A stretch of DNA of 64,000 nucleotides, taken from assembly GCA_963666285.1 (NCBI GenBank), contig OY762711.1. One strand, written 5' to 3'. Positions 46,259 through 56,830 of the stretch are shown here, in pieces. The stretch comes from Sedimentisphaerales bacterium (GTDB taxonomy: Bacteria > Planctomycetota > Phycisphaerae > Sedimentisphaerales > SM23-30). The notes under the pieces are model-generated. The model had not been told where the DNA came from and did not search any database. It was given only the letters and a program-made list of their open reading frames with translations. Made by a program: the position numbers and the translations under genes. Every line of letters begins with the position of its first letter. Position 1 is the first letter of the stretch.

Positions 46259-48364
46259 ATGTTTGATCGAAGGTTGAAATTATTATTATTGCTCGTTGTC
46301 TTGTTTAACGTGGTGCTTGTCAGTCGCCTGTTTTACCTGCAGGTGTATAAGTATGATTATTTTGTAGAAGAGACCGAGCAGCTGCTGAAGCGTAGCCCAA
46401 GATGGCTGGAGACTGCGCGTGGCAGTATATTAGATCGAAACGGTGTTGTACTGGCACATGATGTGCCAGAATGGCGAGTGCGGGTACACTATAAGCTGAC
46501 GCGGCTGTATGATGTTCGCTTTTACCGGTACTTTGCATTGCGATATCGCCAGAATGAAAAGCATGCGAATGCGAGCGACCGGGAAGTGCTGGATTATTTT
46601 ATGGAAGAATACGGATACCAGCGAGGTCGGGCAGACCAGATGATAGCAGAGCTGTCTGAGATATGCGAGGTGTCGATTGATGATATTCGGGCCGAGATAG
46701 ACCGGGTGAACGAGGAGATCTTTTCTACCCGGTTGTGGCTGGCCAGGCGAAAGTGGTATGTGAATGCTAATAAGACCCGCCCACCCGCGCGTAATAAAGC
46801 GGAGTATTTTGCTGATTATGCGAGGTGTATCCCCGATGAGTATCAGCGTTTACGTAAAATATATTATGACACACCAATCCAGGAAATGGAGGTTCCCCAG
46901 AAGATCCTGGGTTCAATCAGCCGTGAAAAGGCAATGGAGATAGAACGTCATTATAACGGTGAGTTTTTGGCAGATAATGACAGCAGCAGATTGATAACGA
47001 TAAGTGCTGATAAGTACAGGAACTTTCCTCATGGTGAAGCAGTGCCGCATTTGGTCGGCCAGGTATCACGCAGTCGAGAGGAATATGATCGATTAAGTTT
47101 TGGAGAGGCGATGCCGCTGCCGAACGAGCTGGCCGGATATCGCAGCGGCGACCGAAAGGGATTGTGGGGAGTTGAGTATATGTTTGAATCGAGGCTGCAT
47201 GGCAGTCGCGGCTGGCAGCAGAGTAACTATGAAGGAGATGTGATCCAGGAGATTGAACAGGCGGTAGGAGATAATGTATCGATAACAGTAGATGTTAAAC
47301 TTCAGGAATCGATCCAGAAATTATTTAAGGGTTACAGTTCGTTAGGTACGGCAGTAACCGGCGGCGCGGTGGTGCTGGACGTTACTAGCGGCGAAGTGCT
47401 GGCGATGGTGTCGATGCCGAGCTATGACCTGAACAGATTTTTTGAAGATGATGTACTGCGAGAGCTTCGTCCGCATGAGTTCGACCCAAATGTTCCAGCG
47501 TCGAAAAGGACCGCGGAGCGAAACCTGGCGTTGAGCCAGAACTATCAGTCGGGTTCGACGCTGAAGCCGACAAATATCCTGGGCGGATTGGAGTATGGAG
47601 TAATAGACCGAAACACGAAATATTATGTAGATAGTTATAGTCAAGATTGGGAGGGCGGTCCGTCTGATATTCATGTTCTTGGTGATATTGATCCTGTATC
47701 GGCATTAAAGCGCAGTAGTAACTTTTTCCCGATCAAGGTAATGGAGAAGCTTGGCCCGGAGCGGGCAATCGACTGGCTGAATATGGCCGGTTTCGGCAGG
47801 CGGATATTAGAATGGCCGGATGAGCTGACAGCCGATCGGTCGTGGGGCGCGTTTCGTGAGACCGCCGGATATGTGAGCCCGATAGGTCAGAGATATCCTT
47901 CGATGAGGAATTTGAGGTATGTTGGTATCGGCCGCGGACCGGTGAGCTGTTCGGTATTACAGATAGCCAATAGTATGGCGACGATAAGTCGTGGCGGTGT
48001 TTTCCTGGCACCGACAATAATAAAAGATCCAGAGGTGGTACGTAAGGAATATCGTGTGGCGATGCAGAGTAATGTTGACATTGTGCGTGAAGGTATGTAC
48101 GAGGTGGTAAATGAGTTTGGAGGAACCGCATATGATCATGTTTATCCACCGCCATGGGAGCCGGAATCGGTCAAGGTTTACGGCAAAACCGGAACGACAG
48201 ATTTTTCTGTCTTCGGCTGCTTTGCCGAGGCTTTTGACGGTCGTAAGATAGCAGTTGCGGTATTGACAGAAGTGAGGAATACAACCGGTGGCGCGACATC
48301 AGCGCCACTGGCGATGGATATACTGGTAGAGTGCAGTAAGTATGGTTATCTGCCGGAGAACTAG
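46259..48364 (+). CDS. Class B penicillin-binding protein (PBP2/MrdA-like)
   Basis: N-terminal TM, RGSILDRNG, G..G.E; catalytic motifs STLK, SSN and KTGT. Confidence 0.88.
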   Translation: MFDRRLKLLLLLVVLFNVVLVSRLFYLQVYKYDYFVEETEQLLKRSPRWLETARGSILDRNGVVLAHDVPEWRVRVHYKLTRLYDVRFYRYFALRYRQNEKHANASDREVLDYFMEEYGYQRGRADQMIAELSEICEVSIDDIRAEIDRVNEEIFSTRLWLARRKWYVNANKTRPPARNKAEYFADYARCIPDEYQRLRKIYYDTPIQEMEVPQKILGSISREKAMEIERHYNGEFLADNDSSRLITISADKYRNFPHGEAVPHLVGQVSRSREEYDRLSFGEAMPLPNELAGYRSGDRKGLWGVEYMFESRLHGSRGWQQSNYEGDVIQEIEQAVGDNVSITVDVKLQESIQKLFKGYSSLGTAVTGGAVVLDVTSGEVLAMVSMPSYDLNRFFEDDVLRELRPHEFDPNVPASKRTAERNLALSQNYQSGSTLKPTNILGGLEYGVIDRNTKYYVDSYSQDWEGGPSDIHVLGDIDPVSALKRSSNFFPIKVMEKLGPERAIDWLNMAGFGRRILEWPDELTADRSWGAFRETAGYVSPIGQRYPSMRNLRYVGIGRGPVSCSVLQIANSMATISRGGVFLAPTIIKDPEVVRKEYRVAMQSNVDIVREGMYEVVNEFGGTAYDHVYPPPWEPESVKVYGKTGTTDFSVFGCFAEAFDGRKIAVAVLTEVRNTTGGATSAPLAMDILVECSKYGYLPEN

Positions 48365-48445
48365 TTTTTGTTTTCTATTATACAGAAATCAAAAAGGAAA
48401 ATAACAATAACGAAGTATGATGAGTTGTGGGTTTGCAGTGTAACC

Positions 48446-49285
48446 TTATTGTTCTGTTTCGATTTTTGGTTTTGGGAATATCCATTCACGGATCTGTTTT
48501 TTACAATCTGTAGTAAGCTGATGGCCGGTATTTTTCAGGATTCTGCTTTCGAGGTTTATGTCAAGGAATTGCCAGGCGTCCTGGGCGAGTTTAGCGCCGC
48601 GCAGTTTAAGGTCGCGTCCGTAGTCCGGCTGGTCGCCGACAAAGATAAGGAAGCGGCGTTCGCAGGTTGGATATTTGTGCAGGTCGCTGAGGTGGAACCA
48701 GCCATGATCGACAATACAGAAGTTCTGAAAATGGTTGAGGATGAATTCATCGTGCATCGAAACTAAAATAGCGGTTGTAATGGCGCCGTTGGAGAAGCCG
48801 GCCATAGTGCTTTTTTCGAACTGGATGTTTGGCACTTCTTCGAATAGTTTACCAAGCATGGTATGGTAGGCTTTGGATAAAATTTCGTAGTCGTTAAAGC
48901 TGACAATTACACCGTTACCGACTTCTGCGGTATTGACATCTTTTTTGAACAGCGGTAGTGATGCAACTATGCATTGGTTGGAACCGGCGATATCTATGGC
49001 GTTTTGGATGTTGCCGCCGGCCGAGCCATGGTAGCCCGGTACGTAGAGAATGAGCGGATAGGTTTTGTCTTTGGAATAATTATCGGGCAGCCGATATTCG
49101 AGATATGGAGTCTCATCATTACCGGTGAATATGTTGTACAGGCTTTTAGGAAAATCCTTGTCGGCAAAAGTTATGCGTTTGATATCCAGGGTGGAGTCTG
49201 ATGTTTGGGCCAGCAATTTGGCAGAGTATAAAGTAGATATGAGAGTCAGACAGATAGCGATGAAATAATATTTAGTTTTGACCAT
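48446..49285 (-). CDS. Exported alpha/beta hydrolase-like protein
   Basis: Signal peptide, LPDNY...K.YPLILY.PG, GFSNG nucleophile elbow and a C-terminal GH. Confidence 0.7.
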   Translation of the reverse strand: MVKTKYYFIAICLTLISTLYSAKLLAQTSDSTLDIKRITFADKDFPKSLYNIFTGNDETPYLEYRLPDNYSKDKTYPLILYVPGYHGSAGGNIQNAIDIAGSNQCIVASLPLFKKDVNTAEVGNGVIVSFNDYEILSKAYHTMLGKLFEEVPNIQFEKSTMAGFSNGAITTAILVSMHDEFILNHFQNFCIVDHGWFHLSDLHKYPTCERRFLIFVGDQPDYGRDLKLRGAKLAQDAWQFLDINLESRILKNTGHQLTTDCKKQIREWIFPKPKIETEQ

Positions 49286-49355
49286 GAACAATCTCCTTTT
49301 TTAATATGATTTTATCAAACAGTTCAACAGGATACATCCTAGTTGAAAATATAGA

Positions 49356-49754
49356 TTAGAAAAGATTATTATCTTCTGGCAAATCCCAAGCGTCGATATC
49401 CAGATCACACTTGCATTTTTTCTGATACCACATTATTTCAGCACCGCACCCAGGACATTGCCAGATAGCTTTCTGCTGCTCAAGCCACTTATCTTTACCA
49501 TGAGTTTTGATAAACTCATTGTTATCTTTAACTGTGTGATGGTGCGGCCATTGATCGTTCATAAAACCGGTTAAACCCGGGCAGGGATACTCATTACAGT
49601 CGCAGCAGAATTCGAGATTTTTTTGCATAGAGCAGATTCTGAATTTGCAGTTTGTGATAGTATCGTCGATGATGTCGCTCTTGCACCCGGCACAATCGTC
49701 TGCGCCGCAGGCACCACAGTAAATACCACAAGGACCGAAAAGGCTAGTTTTCAT
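49356..49754 (-). CDS. DUF3795 family Cys-rich protein
   Basis: PCGIYCGAC, C.GC, C..R.C, C.DC.EYPC and W.CP.CG. Confidence 0.8.
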   Translation of the reverse strand: MKTSLFGPCGIYCGACGADDCAGCKSDIIDDTITNCKFRICSMQKNLEFCCDCNEYPCPGLTGFMNDQWPHHHTVKDNNEFIKTHGKDKWLEQQKAIWQCPGCGAEIMWYQKKCKCDLDIDAWDLPEDNNLF

Positions 49755-49787
49755 TTATTACCTCTTTTATACTCAAGAAGAAAATGG

Positions 49788-50849
49788 TTATTCATTCACG
49801 ATATTTTTACTTAACTCACTTTCCAGCTCTTCGATAGATGGCAGACTGGACTTAAGTTCATCAGGTAGTGACTGAGTGATCTTATATTCAGATATGCCTA
49901 TAGGTTTATGAATATCGCTTAAAGCATATTCAGCTACCATTTTGTCTTTATTTTTGCATATAAGAATGCCTATTGTCGGATGGTCTTTTGTGTCTCTAAT
50001 GAGTTCGTCAACAGCTTTGATGTAGAAGTTTAATTTACCGGCATGCTCCGGTTCAAAATCAACTGTTTTCAATTCAATAACCACATAACAATGGAGTTTA
50101 ACATGATAGAAAAGAAGGTCAAGGAAGAATTCTCTTTCGCCAACCTGTAACGGCATCTGTCTGCCAACATAGGCAAATCCTGAGCCAAGTTCGAGAAGAA
50201 AACTTGTAATGTGATCAATGAGGCCTGTTTCCAATTCTCTTTCGTCATGTTTTTTTGAAAGAGTTAGAAAATCGAATACGTAAGGATCTTTTAGTGTTTG
50301 ACTGGCAAGGTCAGATTGCGGTTGCGGCAGGACGTTTGAAAAGTTTGAAATGGCTTTGCCTTCTCGCTGCCAAAGGCCGCTTTCGATCTGATGAACCAGG
50401 ACACTTCTGCTCCAACCATAGGCTATCGTATTTTCGACATAATAGAGTGCTTCTGATGTGCTGTTGCACTTTGAAATAATCGTAACATTATGCCCCCAAG
50501 GTATTTGTGTGATTTTATCTAATTGGCCAACAGCTTGTTGGCCAATTGGAATAATAGTTGTCCAGAATAAAGACCATTGCCGGATATATTTGATGTTACT
50601 ATAAGAAAAACCCTTCAAATCGGGGAATTCAGCGGTGAGGTCTTTGCTCAATTGTTTGATAAAGCCATCACCCCATGATGTGTTTTTCTGTTTTTCGACA
50701 ATATCAGTTCCCAGCTCCCAATAAAACCTAAGCAGTTCCTGGTTAACAGAAACCGCTGCTTTGAGCTGGGCGTTCCTGACTTTGTTTTTAAGAGAACCAA
50801 GCCAATGTTTATATTCATTAGAATTAGCGAAACTTTGAGATAAAGCCAT
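49788..50849 (-). CDS. YhcG/DUF1016 PD-(D/E)XK nuclease family protein
   Basis: VNQELLRFYWELG, KDPYVFDFL, FLLELG.GFAYVGRQ, DLLFYH.KL.CYVVIELK and GKLNFY. Confidence 0.92.
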   Translation of the reverse strand: MALSQSFANSNEYKHWLGSLKNKVRNAQLKAAVSVNQELLRFYWELGTDIVEKQKNTSWGDGFIKQLSKDLTAEFPDLKGFSYSNIKYIRQWSLFWTTIIPIGQQAVGQLDKITQIPWGHNVTIISKCNSTSEALYYVENTIAYGWSRSVLVHQIESGLWQREGKAISNFSNVLPQPQSDLASQTLKDPYVFDFLTLSKKHDERELETGLIDHITSFLLELGSGFAYVGRQMPLQVGEREFFLDLLFYHVKLHCYVVIELKTVDFEPEHAGKLNFYIKAVDELIRDTKDHPTIGILICKNKDKMVAEYALSDIHKPIGISEYKITQSLPDELKSSLPSIEELESELSKNIVNE

Positions 50850-50886
50850 AACGTTCCCCACTTTTCTCATGAAGTTTGGATAAAAA

Positions 50887-51420
50887 TCAATAAGTTACAA
50901 TGGTTTCGACATCGTATTTGCTGAGTTTGTCGCGTCCTTTGAGGAATCCGAGTTCGATGAGGAAAGATATGCCGACGATATCGCCCTGTAGTCTTTCTAC
51001 CATTTTGCAGCAAGCTTCCATAGTTCCGCCGGTAGCGAGCAGGTCGTCACAGAGCAGTACCTTTTGGCCGGGTTTGACAGCATCAGCATGAATTTCCAGG
51101 CTGTCGGTGCCGTATTCGAGTTCGTAACTTTCACTGATAGTATCGTAAGGCAGCTTTCCAGGTTTGCGAACCGGAACAAATCCGCATTGCAGGCAATGGG
51201 CGATAGCAACTCCGAAAATGAACCCTCTACTTTCAGCTCCGACTACCAGTTCAACGCCTTTGTCTTTGAAAGGTTCAGCCATCGCGGCACAAGCGAGGTG
51301 CAGTCCTTCCTTGTCAGAGAGAAGGGTAGTAATATCACGGAAAAGTATGCCAGGTTTGGGGAAGTCTGGTATGTCGCGGATAAGTGATTTGATTCTTTCG
51401 ACGGTGGTACTATCGGTCAT
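50887..51420 (-). CDS. apt: Adenine phosphoribosyltransferase
   Basis: PDFPKPGILFRDIT, ESRGF, RKPGKLP, YELEYG and DDLLATGGT. Confidence 0.97.
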   Translation of the reverse strand: MTDSTTVERIKSLIRDIPDFPKPGILFRDITTLLSDKEGLHLACAAMAEPFKDKGVELVVGAESRGFIFGVAIAHCLQCGFVPVRKPGKLPYDTISESYELEYGTDSLEIHADAVKPGQKVLLCDDLLATGGTMEACCKMVERLQGDIVGISFLIELGFLKGRDKLSKYDVETIVTY

Positions 51421-51502
51421 AGTTGGTTTCCTTGTAAATGAAAATATACTCTTAACTCATTTATTTAGATAAGGATAATGATAGATTTGGTAATTGTCCA
51501 AT

Positions 51503-51532
51503 AAAAAACCCCAGCCGAACTGACTGGGGTTT
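51503..51532 (-). terminator. Intrinsic terminator after the sigma-70 gene
   Basis: AAACCCCAG...CTGGGGTTT with a U-tract on the minus strand. Confidence 0.75.
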
Positions 51533-51554
51533 GAAATATTAAAAATAGCAGTAA

Positions 51555-52367
51555 TTAACCTTCTTCGCTTTCGATAATAGCGTGAAGTTTAGCAAGAGCT
51601 TCCTTTTCGATCTGTCGAACACGTTCGCGTGTCAGGTTAACTTCTTTGCCGATATCTTTGAGAGTCATTGGTTCGCCGCCGGTAAGTCCGTATCGAAGTT
51701 TTAGAATAGTAGCTTCGCGCTGGTCCATCATATCGAGCAGGTTCCTGATATTGTCCATCTCGTCTGCGGTAGTCATCGGATCTTCCGGTCGAGGCGTTTT
51801 AATATCTTCCAGCATATCATTTATGGCGTTAGAATCTTCTGAAGCGGGCATTTGTGTGCCGGAAGAAGAAGCTTCTACCGCTTTTCTAATGATATTGATC
51901 TTCTTTTGAGATACCTGCATCGCCTCACTCATCTCGGTGAGGGTAGGAGTTCTGCCGAGCTTGTCGGTAAGAGCAACCATAGACTGTTTCCAGCGTGTAA
52001 TCATTTCCACCATATATGCCGGGACATGGATAGGCTGGGTACTGTTAACCAGTGACCGTTTGATAGCCTGCTTAATCCACCAGGAAGCGTAAGTGCTGAA
52101 CCGAACGCCATGAACAGGGTCGAACCCTTCGACCGCTCTCATAAGTCCGAGATTACCCTCTTCGATGAGGTCAGCCAGCATCATGCCGGATTTGACATAT
52201 TTTTTAGCTATATTAACAACGAGCCTTAGATTACTGCGAATCATGAGGTCTCTAGCTTCGGGGTCGCCATCCATAACGCGATAGGCCAGCTCTTTTTCCT
52301 CGTCTGCTGTCAGCAAGTCTGTCGCGTTGATCTCTTCAAGATAAACTTGTAATGTAGAATCAACCAT
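51555..52367 (-). CDS. Sigma-70 family (RpoD/RpoS-like, no region 1.1) sigma factor
   Basis: YLEEI...LLT.DEE, NLRLVVNIAKKY, DLIEEGNLGL, RFSTYASWWIKQAI and LTRERVRQIE. Confidence 0.94.
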   Translation of the reverse strand: MVDSTLQVYLEEINATDLLTADEEKELAYRVMDGDPEARDLMIRSNLRLVVNIAKKYVKSGMMLADLIEEGNLGLMRAVEGFDPVHGVRFSTYASWWIKQAIKRSLVNSTQPIHVPAYMVEMITRWKQSMVALTDKLGRTPTLTEMSEAMQVSQKKINIIRKAVEASSSGTQMPASEDSNAINDMLEDIKTPRPEDPMTTADEMDNIRNLLDMMDQREATILKLRYGLTGGEPMTLKDIGKEVNLTRERVRQIEKEALAKLHAIIESEEG

Positions 52368-52695
52368 TTTTTTACCTTCCCTATTAAGGAATATTTTCAT
52401 TACCGAAAAAAATCAGTAATATGAAGAGAACACTACAAAATTCTCTTCTATCGTATGTTTTAATTATCGGCTGTAATATAATTATAGTTTAACAGGTGTT
52501 TTCAGGTTTCATAAAAAAACAAAATTTCAGTGTTGTAACTCCACTTTTGGGCCTACCATTAAAGCTTATTTATAGCGAATTGATTTAAGAAAACCAGAAT
52601 CCAACGCCGATAAATTCGACATGAGAAATAAACAATCCAATAAAAAATCAGATAATAGTTTAAAATCAATAAAACCTATATGCTTCCATATTAAT

Positions 52696-53676
52696 ATGCC
52701 TCAAAAGGCTGTTTTTATACACATTTTTTTTATTTTTTTTATTTTTGGATGTTCCAGTGTTGTTTATACGCCAGAACAGGAGGCTAAGTTTGTAAAACCA
52801 ACGATAGCGGTGCTGACCTTTGAAAATCGAGCTCAATCAACTATGCAAAGTCAGATTGGTGCCGGAATGGCCGAACAATTAACAGAAAGGCTGATAGCTA
52901 CGAAGAGATATGTCGTGATTGAACGTCAGTATTTCAACCAGATCCTCAAGGAGCTGAACCAGAGCCAGGGTACGATGTTCCGCGATCAGGGTCGTCTGCA
53001 AATGGGTCAGCTGAAACATGTAAAATATCTGATACGTGGAGTAGTAACAGATTTTGGCCATGTCGAGACTACCCATGGAATAGGTCGAATCCTGACGGTT
53101 TTTGGACCTACCAGTTATTCAATTGTAGCAGCTACATTGACAGTAGTAGATGTTCAGACGGGTCAGACGGTGGCGAGTATAAGTGTTGAGGGTAAGGCAA
53201 AGACGACTAATCAGCAGGACTCAATGCGGGATGACAGTGTAGCGTTTGGCGGTCATGCATTTTACAAAACCACATTAGGTCGGGCTACCAACGAGATGCT
53301 GGATAAGGCAGTGTGGGAGATCACCCAGGTTTTAGCAGAGACAAAATATCATCCCAAAGTTGCCCGGGTTGATGGCGATATGCTTTATATAACCGGTGGT
53401 GAAGATCGTATGATTGAGGTTGGCGATACATATGTTGTTCGTGGAATACCTAAAAGTATAATTGACCCGGATACAGGAGATATCCTTGGAAACATACCGG
53501 GTGAATTTGTCGGTAAAGTCAAGATCTTGAATGTGAGTGATAAATTTTCTTATGGCAAGATAGAGCTTGGAGACAGCTTTGCCGAGGGCCAGATATTGTA
53601 TAAGCCGGAAGATGACCCGGCATATGATCCGATGCCAGAGGGAGATCCGAGGATTCCGTTTATTAATCGCGATTAG
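52696..53676 (+). CDS. CsgG/HfaB (FlgT-like) lipoprotein
   Basis: Lipobox IFGC; IAVLTFEN, RYVVIER, G.VTDFG and IDPDTGDILG. Start uncertain (52621 possible). Confidence 0.78.
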   Translation: MPQKAVFIHIFFIFFIFGCSSVVYTPEQEAKFVKPTIAVLTFENRAQSTMQSQIGAGMAEQLTERLIATKRYVVIERQYFNQILKELNQSQGTMFRDQGRLQMGQLKHVKYLIRGVVTDFGHVETTHGIGRILTVFGPTSYSIVAATLTVVDVQTGQTVASISVEGKAKTTNQQDSMRDDSVAFGGHAFYKTTLGRATNEMLDKAVWEITQVLAETKYHPKVARVDGDMLYITGGEDRMIEVGDTYVVRGIPKSIIDPDTGDILGNIPGEFVGKVKILNVSDKFSYGKIELGDSFAEGQILYKPEDDPAYDPMPEGDPRIPFINRD

Positions 53677-53714
53677 AGCAAATTTTTCAGTAGAAACATC
53701 AGGGCGATTTTTTG

Positions 53715-55307
53715 CTATGCTTGATGGTCGAAATTTTGTCCGGTATTCTTTTTGTACGTTCTGGTTAGAATAACGGTAGTACCGGAAATCATATCGCCCG
53801 GTCTTTGTTTGCGAGGAGAGATGGTCATTATGATGACGATAAGCGGCAGGGTGATAAAGATAGCAAAGGAAAGTAATTCCAATATCCTGTAAATATTTCT
53901 GATCAATATTCTTCTGAAGGCCTTTTCTTTGATTGGTGCAAGTGTATTGTAATCAGCTATTTTAATGCCAAAGAGCGCTTTACCCGGAGTGTAAGCCAGG
54001 AGCCATTCAAAAAGAGTGAAGTATAAGATCATGACAATAAATAGAGAGGCTATCATTATGAAAAGCTGGGTTAGGTCGATATTGATAATGCCGGATGTTT
54101 GCTCCTGAACCTGCATTTGCTCATAAATTTTGATAAGCTGTTCGTTATTAACCAGGTGGGCGAGGTCTAAGAAGAAGAAAAGTATGTCCAAAACGAACGA
54201 CATGCAAATCATATCTATGATAAAGGCCGGCAGTCTCAGGGTTACCGGGCACGGTCTGCCTTGTGCAGTTTGCGGTACAGGTCCTCCGGCAACGGCTTTT
54301 CTGAAATATATAATAATAGTTACAGCAACAATTACAGTTGATAAGTATCCCAGTATTTGAATATAAATTTCTTTAATGGCTTCCCCGGTGCTGATAGGAT
54401 AAGAAACCAGCGGTTCGCCAATGAGCGTTCCGTTAAGATCGTATTTCTGGATGTAAATTTGCTTTTCGTGATAGACCGCGAACATCAGGTCGCTCTGGCA
54501 GCTGGCGAACGAGAACTTTTTTGAAGTTATCTCCGGCAGCGTATTTGTTGGTATTTCAACTTTGCTGGTGAAGCTGTTGTTGATGAATTTAGCAGCGATA
54601 AATCTTGGTTTGTGGCTATCGACCTGGGTAATAAAAACATTAGTACGGTTAACACTGATAATAGCATTAATAGATTTGAGTTTCAGGTTTTCATCAAGTG
54701 AAATGTCAAGACCGGCAAGGGCGTTGTCATTGACGGCATCGCAGATGAGTGTACCGTCAGAAGTAATGCCGGCCAGGTAAACCTGATTATCTAAAACGAA
54801 AATTCTCGGGGTAAGATATTTTTCGGAGATATCAGCAGGCAGAGCAGAATAAAGGATCCACTGATTATTATCGAGATAGAATATGGAATATTCACCATTG
54901 CTGCTGGTGAGAATATAGATTTTGTTTTTGTAAGAGACGGCATTATACGGCAGATAATTTTCAGGCAGGCTCTGGTAAGTTGTTTTTTGGCCGTTGCTGC
55001 CGTAACCCAGACAGGTTCCATCGCTAAAGAAAGCTACGGCATTGCTGTCATGACAGATAAAGAAACCGGGTGAGCTGGGATATTTATTGAGCAGCAAAGG
55101 GGATTGCGGCTCATTGGAATGAGAATGAAAAACAGAAAAACTCGTTTTGTCATCGAAGTGGTTTTTCATTATGTAGTAGATATTGTTACTGTCGCTGACA
55201 GTGTCGAAATAAACGCTACCTGGGATGTCCTGGGAGCCGACCAGCGGGCAGCAGGCGGCAGCGAGGATCATTAACAGTATTAATATTTTGTTGGCATAAA
55301 AAGACAT
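53715..55307 (-). CDS. RDD family protein with a large exported N-terminal domain
   Basis: RLPAFIID, TPGKALFGI, RILIRN and KQRPGD...GT.V. Confidence 0.82.
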   Translation of the reverse strand: MSFYANKILILLMILAAACCPLVGSQDIPGSVYFDTVSDSNNIYYIMKNHFDDKTSFSVFHSHSNEPQSPLLLNKYPSSPGFFICHDSNAVAFFSDGTCLGYGSNGQKTTYQSLPENYLPYNAVSYKNKIYILTSSNGEYSIFYLDNNQWILYSALPADISEKYLTPRIFVLDNQVYLAGITSDGTLICDAVNDNALAGLDISLDENLKLKSINAIISVNRTNVFITQVDSHKPRFIAAKFINNSFTSKVEIPTNTLPEITSKKFSFASCQSDLMFAVYHEKQIYIQKYDLNGTLIGEPLVSYPISTGEAIKEIYIQILGYLSTVIVAVTIIIYFRKAVAGGPVPQTAQGRPCPVTLRLPAFIIDMICMSFVLDILFFFLDLAHLVNNEQLIKIYEQMQVQEQTSGIINIDLTQLFIMIASLFIVMILYFTLFEWLLAYTPGKALFGIKIADYNTLAPIKEKAFRRILIRNIYRILELLSFAIFITLPLIVIIMTISPRKQRPGDMISGTTVILTRTYKKNTGQNFDHQA

Positions 55308-56180
55308 TTATTCTTCCGGGCAATCTTTATCGAGTTGTTCAAATTGTAGAACCTGTTCAAGGGCAATTTTGAACAGAAAGTTTTTGTCTTTGGGGTTATT
55401 ACTATATTTATCTATCTTAAGTTCAAGGTAAGCATCATTCGGCAGATAATCAAGCCGGACCCTTGTAGGCAGCATCGGTCCTGATTCAACCTGTTTGAAC
55501 TTGTCCAGGGTGCTTTCAATGATTTTTTTACCGTCAATGGAATAGATACATATTTTCTTTGGTATATTTTCATAGCGGTCAAAAAAGACTTCATGCAGGT
55601 AAAGCGTCAGGTCATTTTCGTTTACATATTCAATGATGTTATACTTGTCGGTAATCTTATAAGCCATAATTTTTTCGACAGGTATAGTTTTCAGGGTCAG
55701 CGTTTCCATCAAAGAAGAAATATTGATCGGCATAGCTTTGCTGCATGGTTTGCCGATATTTTTATGTCTACCCCAGTATCCATTTTGTTTATTACTGTCG
55801 ATCATCATGCCATAGTATTCCTGTTCGGAGACGAGCATAACAACTTTTGGTTTCAGTAGAGTGTCAAGCTGGATATAAATTCTTGGCAGATCCTGTTCTC
55901 CGACAGGCGGATAGTAGTATATTCTTCCACCGGAATCACTACCTTCATCGCTTTTCCATTTCCCCAGCTTTGCGTAGAAAGGTTCGATGCTGCTGATATT
56001 GTTGTTGTAAGCGGTAAGCACATCATCAAGCATAAGTACCGGAGGCGGTGCAGCATGTTTCGGCTGACAACCGGTAACGGTCAGGATAAGAATTAATAGT
56101 AAACCTGCAAATGAGAAACGAGCAGCTACCGTACCGTGCGAGCGGCAGGCGAATTCAGGTTTTAATATACAAGTTTGCAT
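55308..56180 (-). CDS. Hypothetical lipoprotein
   Basis: Lipobox VTGC; contiguous with the RDD gene. Confidence 0.7.
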   Translation of the reverse strand: MQTCILKPEFACRSHGTVAARFSFAGLLLILILTVTGCQPKHAAPPPVLMLDDVLTAYNNNISSIEPFYAKLGKWKSDEGSDSGGRIYYYPPVGEQDLPRIYIQLDTLLKPKVVMLVSEQEYYGMMIDSNKQNGYWGRHKNIGKPCSKAMPINISSLMETLTLKTIPVEKIMAYKITDKYNIIEYVNENDLTLYLHEVFFDRYENIPKKICIYSIDGKKIIESTLDKFKQVESGPMLPTRVRLDYLPNDAYLELKIDKYSNNPKDKNFLFKIALEQVLQFEQLDKDCPEE

Positions 56181-56237
56181 TATAATCCTTTACAACATTA
56201 ATAGTGCCAGTTCGGCCATTTGAACAGCTATATAATC

Positions 56238-56729
56238 TTAATCGAAATCGCCGTTAAGTATTGAGCTAAGCTCTTGTGACACTTCCTGGATTTTTTCGTC
56301 GTCCAGGTGCGGGTTGATAACGTCATGCAGGTTCGGGTCCTTGACCATTTTCATTTTCCAGATTTCTTTGCCATCCTGATTAGCCGTTGTTTCATATTTA
56401 AGAATTCTTTTTCTCATGAGAATAAGTGCGAGAACGAACCGGAAGTTGATTTTCTTTTCCTGATCTTCTCCAGCAAGTCTAAGAAAGACGTTAGTCAAAA
56501 CGTTGTTGTCAACGAGCAGTTTTTGTTTTTCTTCCTTAACCGGGACTTTTGACTTCCAATAGCAGTAGACTTCAGGCTGGCTGGTTTCCCAGAATTCTTT
56601 ACAAAAATCAACACGATCAAATCCTTCTTCGGTTTCGATCAAAGCTGCATATATTTCTTCGCCTGGGGCGAGCTCTTTTTCGGTACCACCGCATTTACCG
56701 GAGGTTCGTTGTACTTTCCATTGTTCCAT
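56238..56729 (-). CDS. Hypothetical protein
   Basis: 163-aa ORF in a minus-strand operon; RFVLALILMRKRILK motif. Confidence 0.75.
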   Translation of the reverse strand: MEQWKVQRTSGKCGGTEKELAPGEEIYAALIETEEGFDRVDFCKEFWETSQPEVYCYWKSKVPVKEEKQKLLVDNNVLTNVFLRLAGEDQEKKINFRFVLALILMRKRILKYETTANQDGKEIWKMKMVKDPNLHDVINPHLDDEKIQEVSQELSSILNGDFD

Positions 56730-56830
56730 ATATTTAAGATATTTATTTCGTTAGGTGAGTTTATGCCATTCGGCAAAATTTATAATTTATTTTTTTGTTA
56801 TTATTATCTACAAATAACAGATATTGTCAG

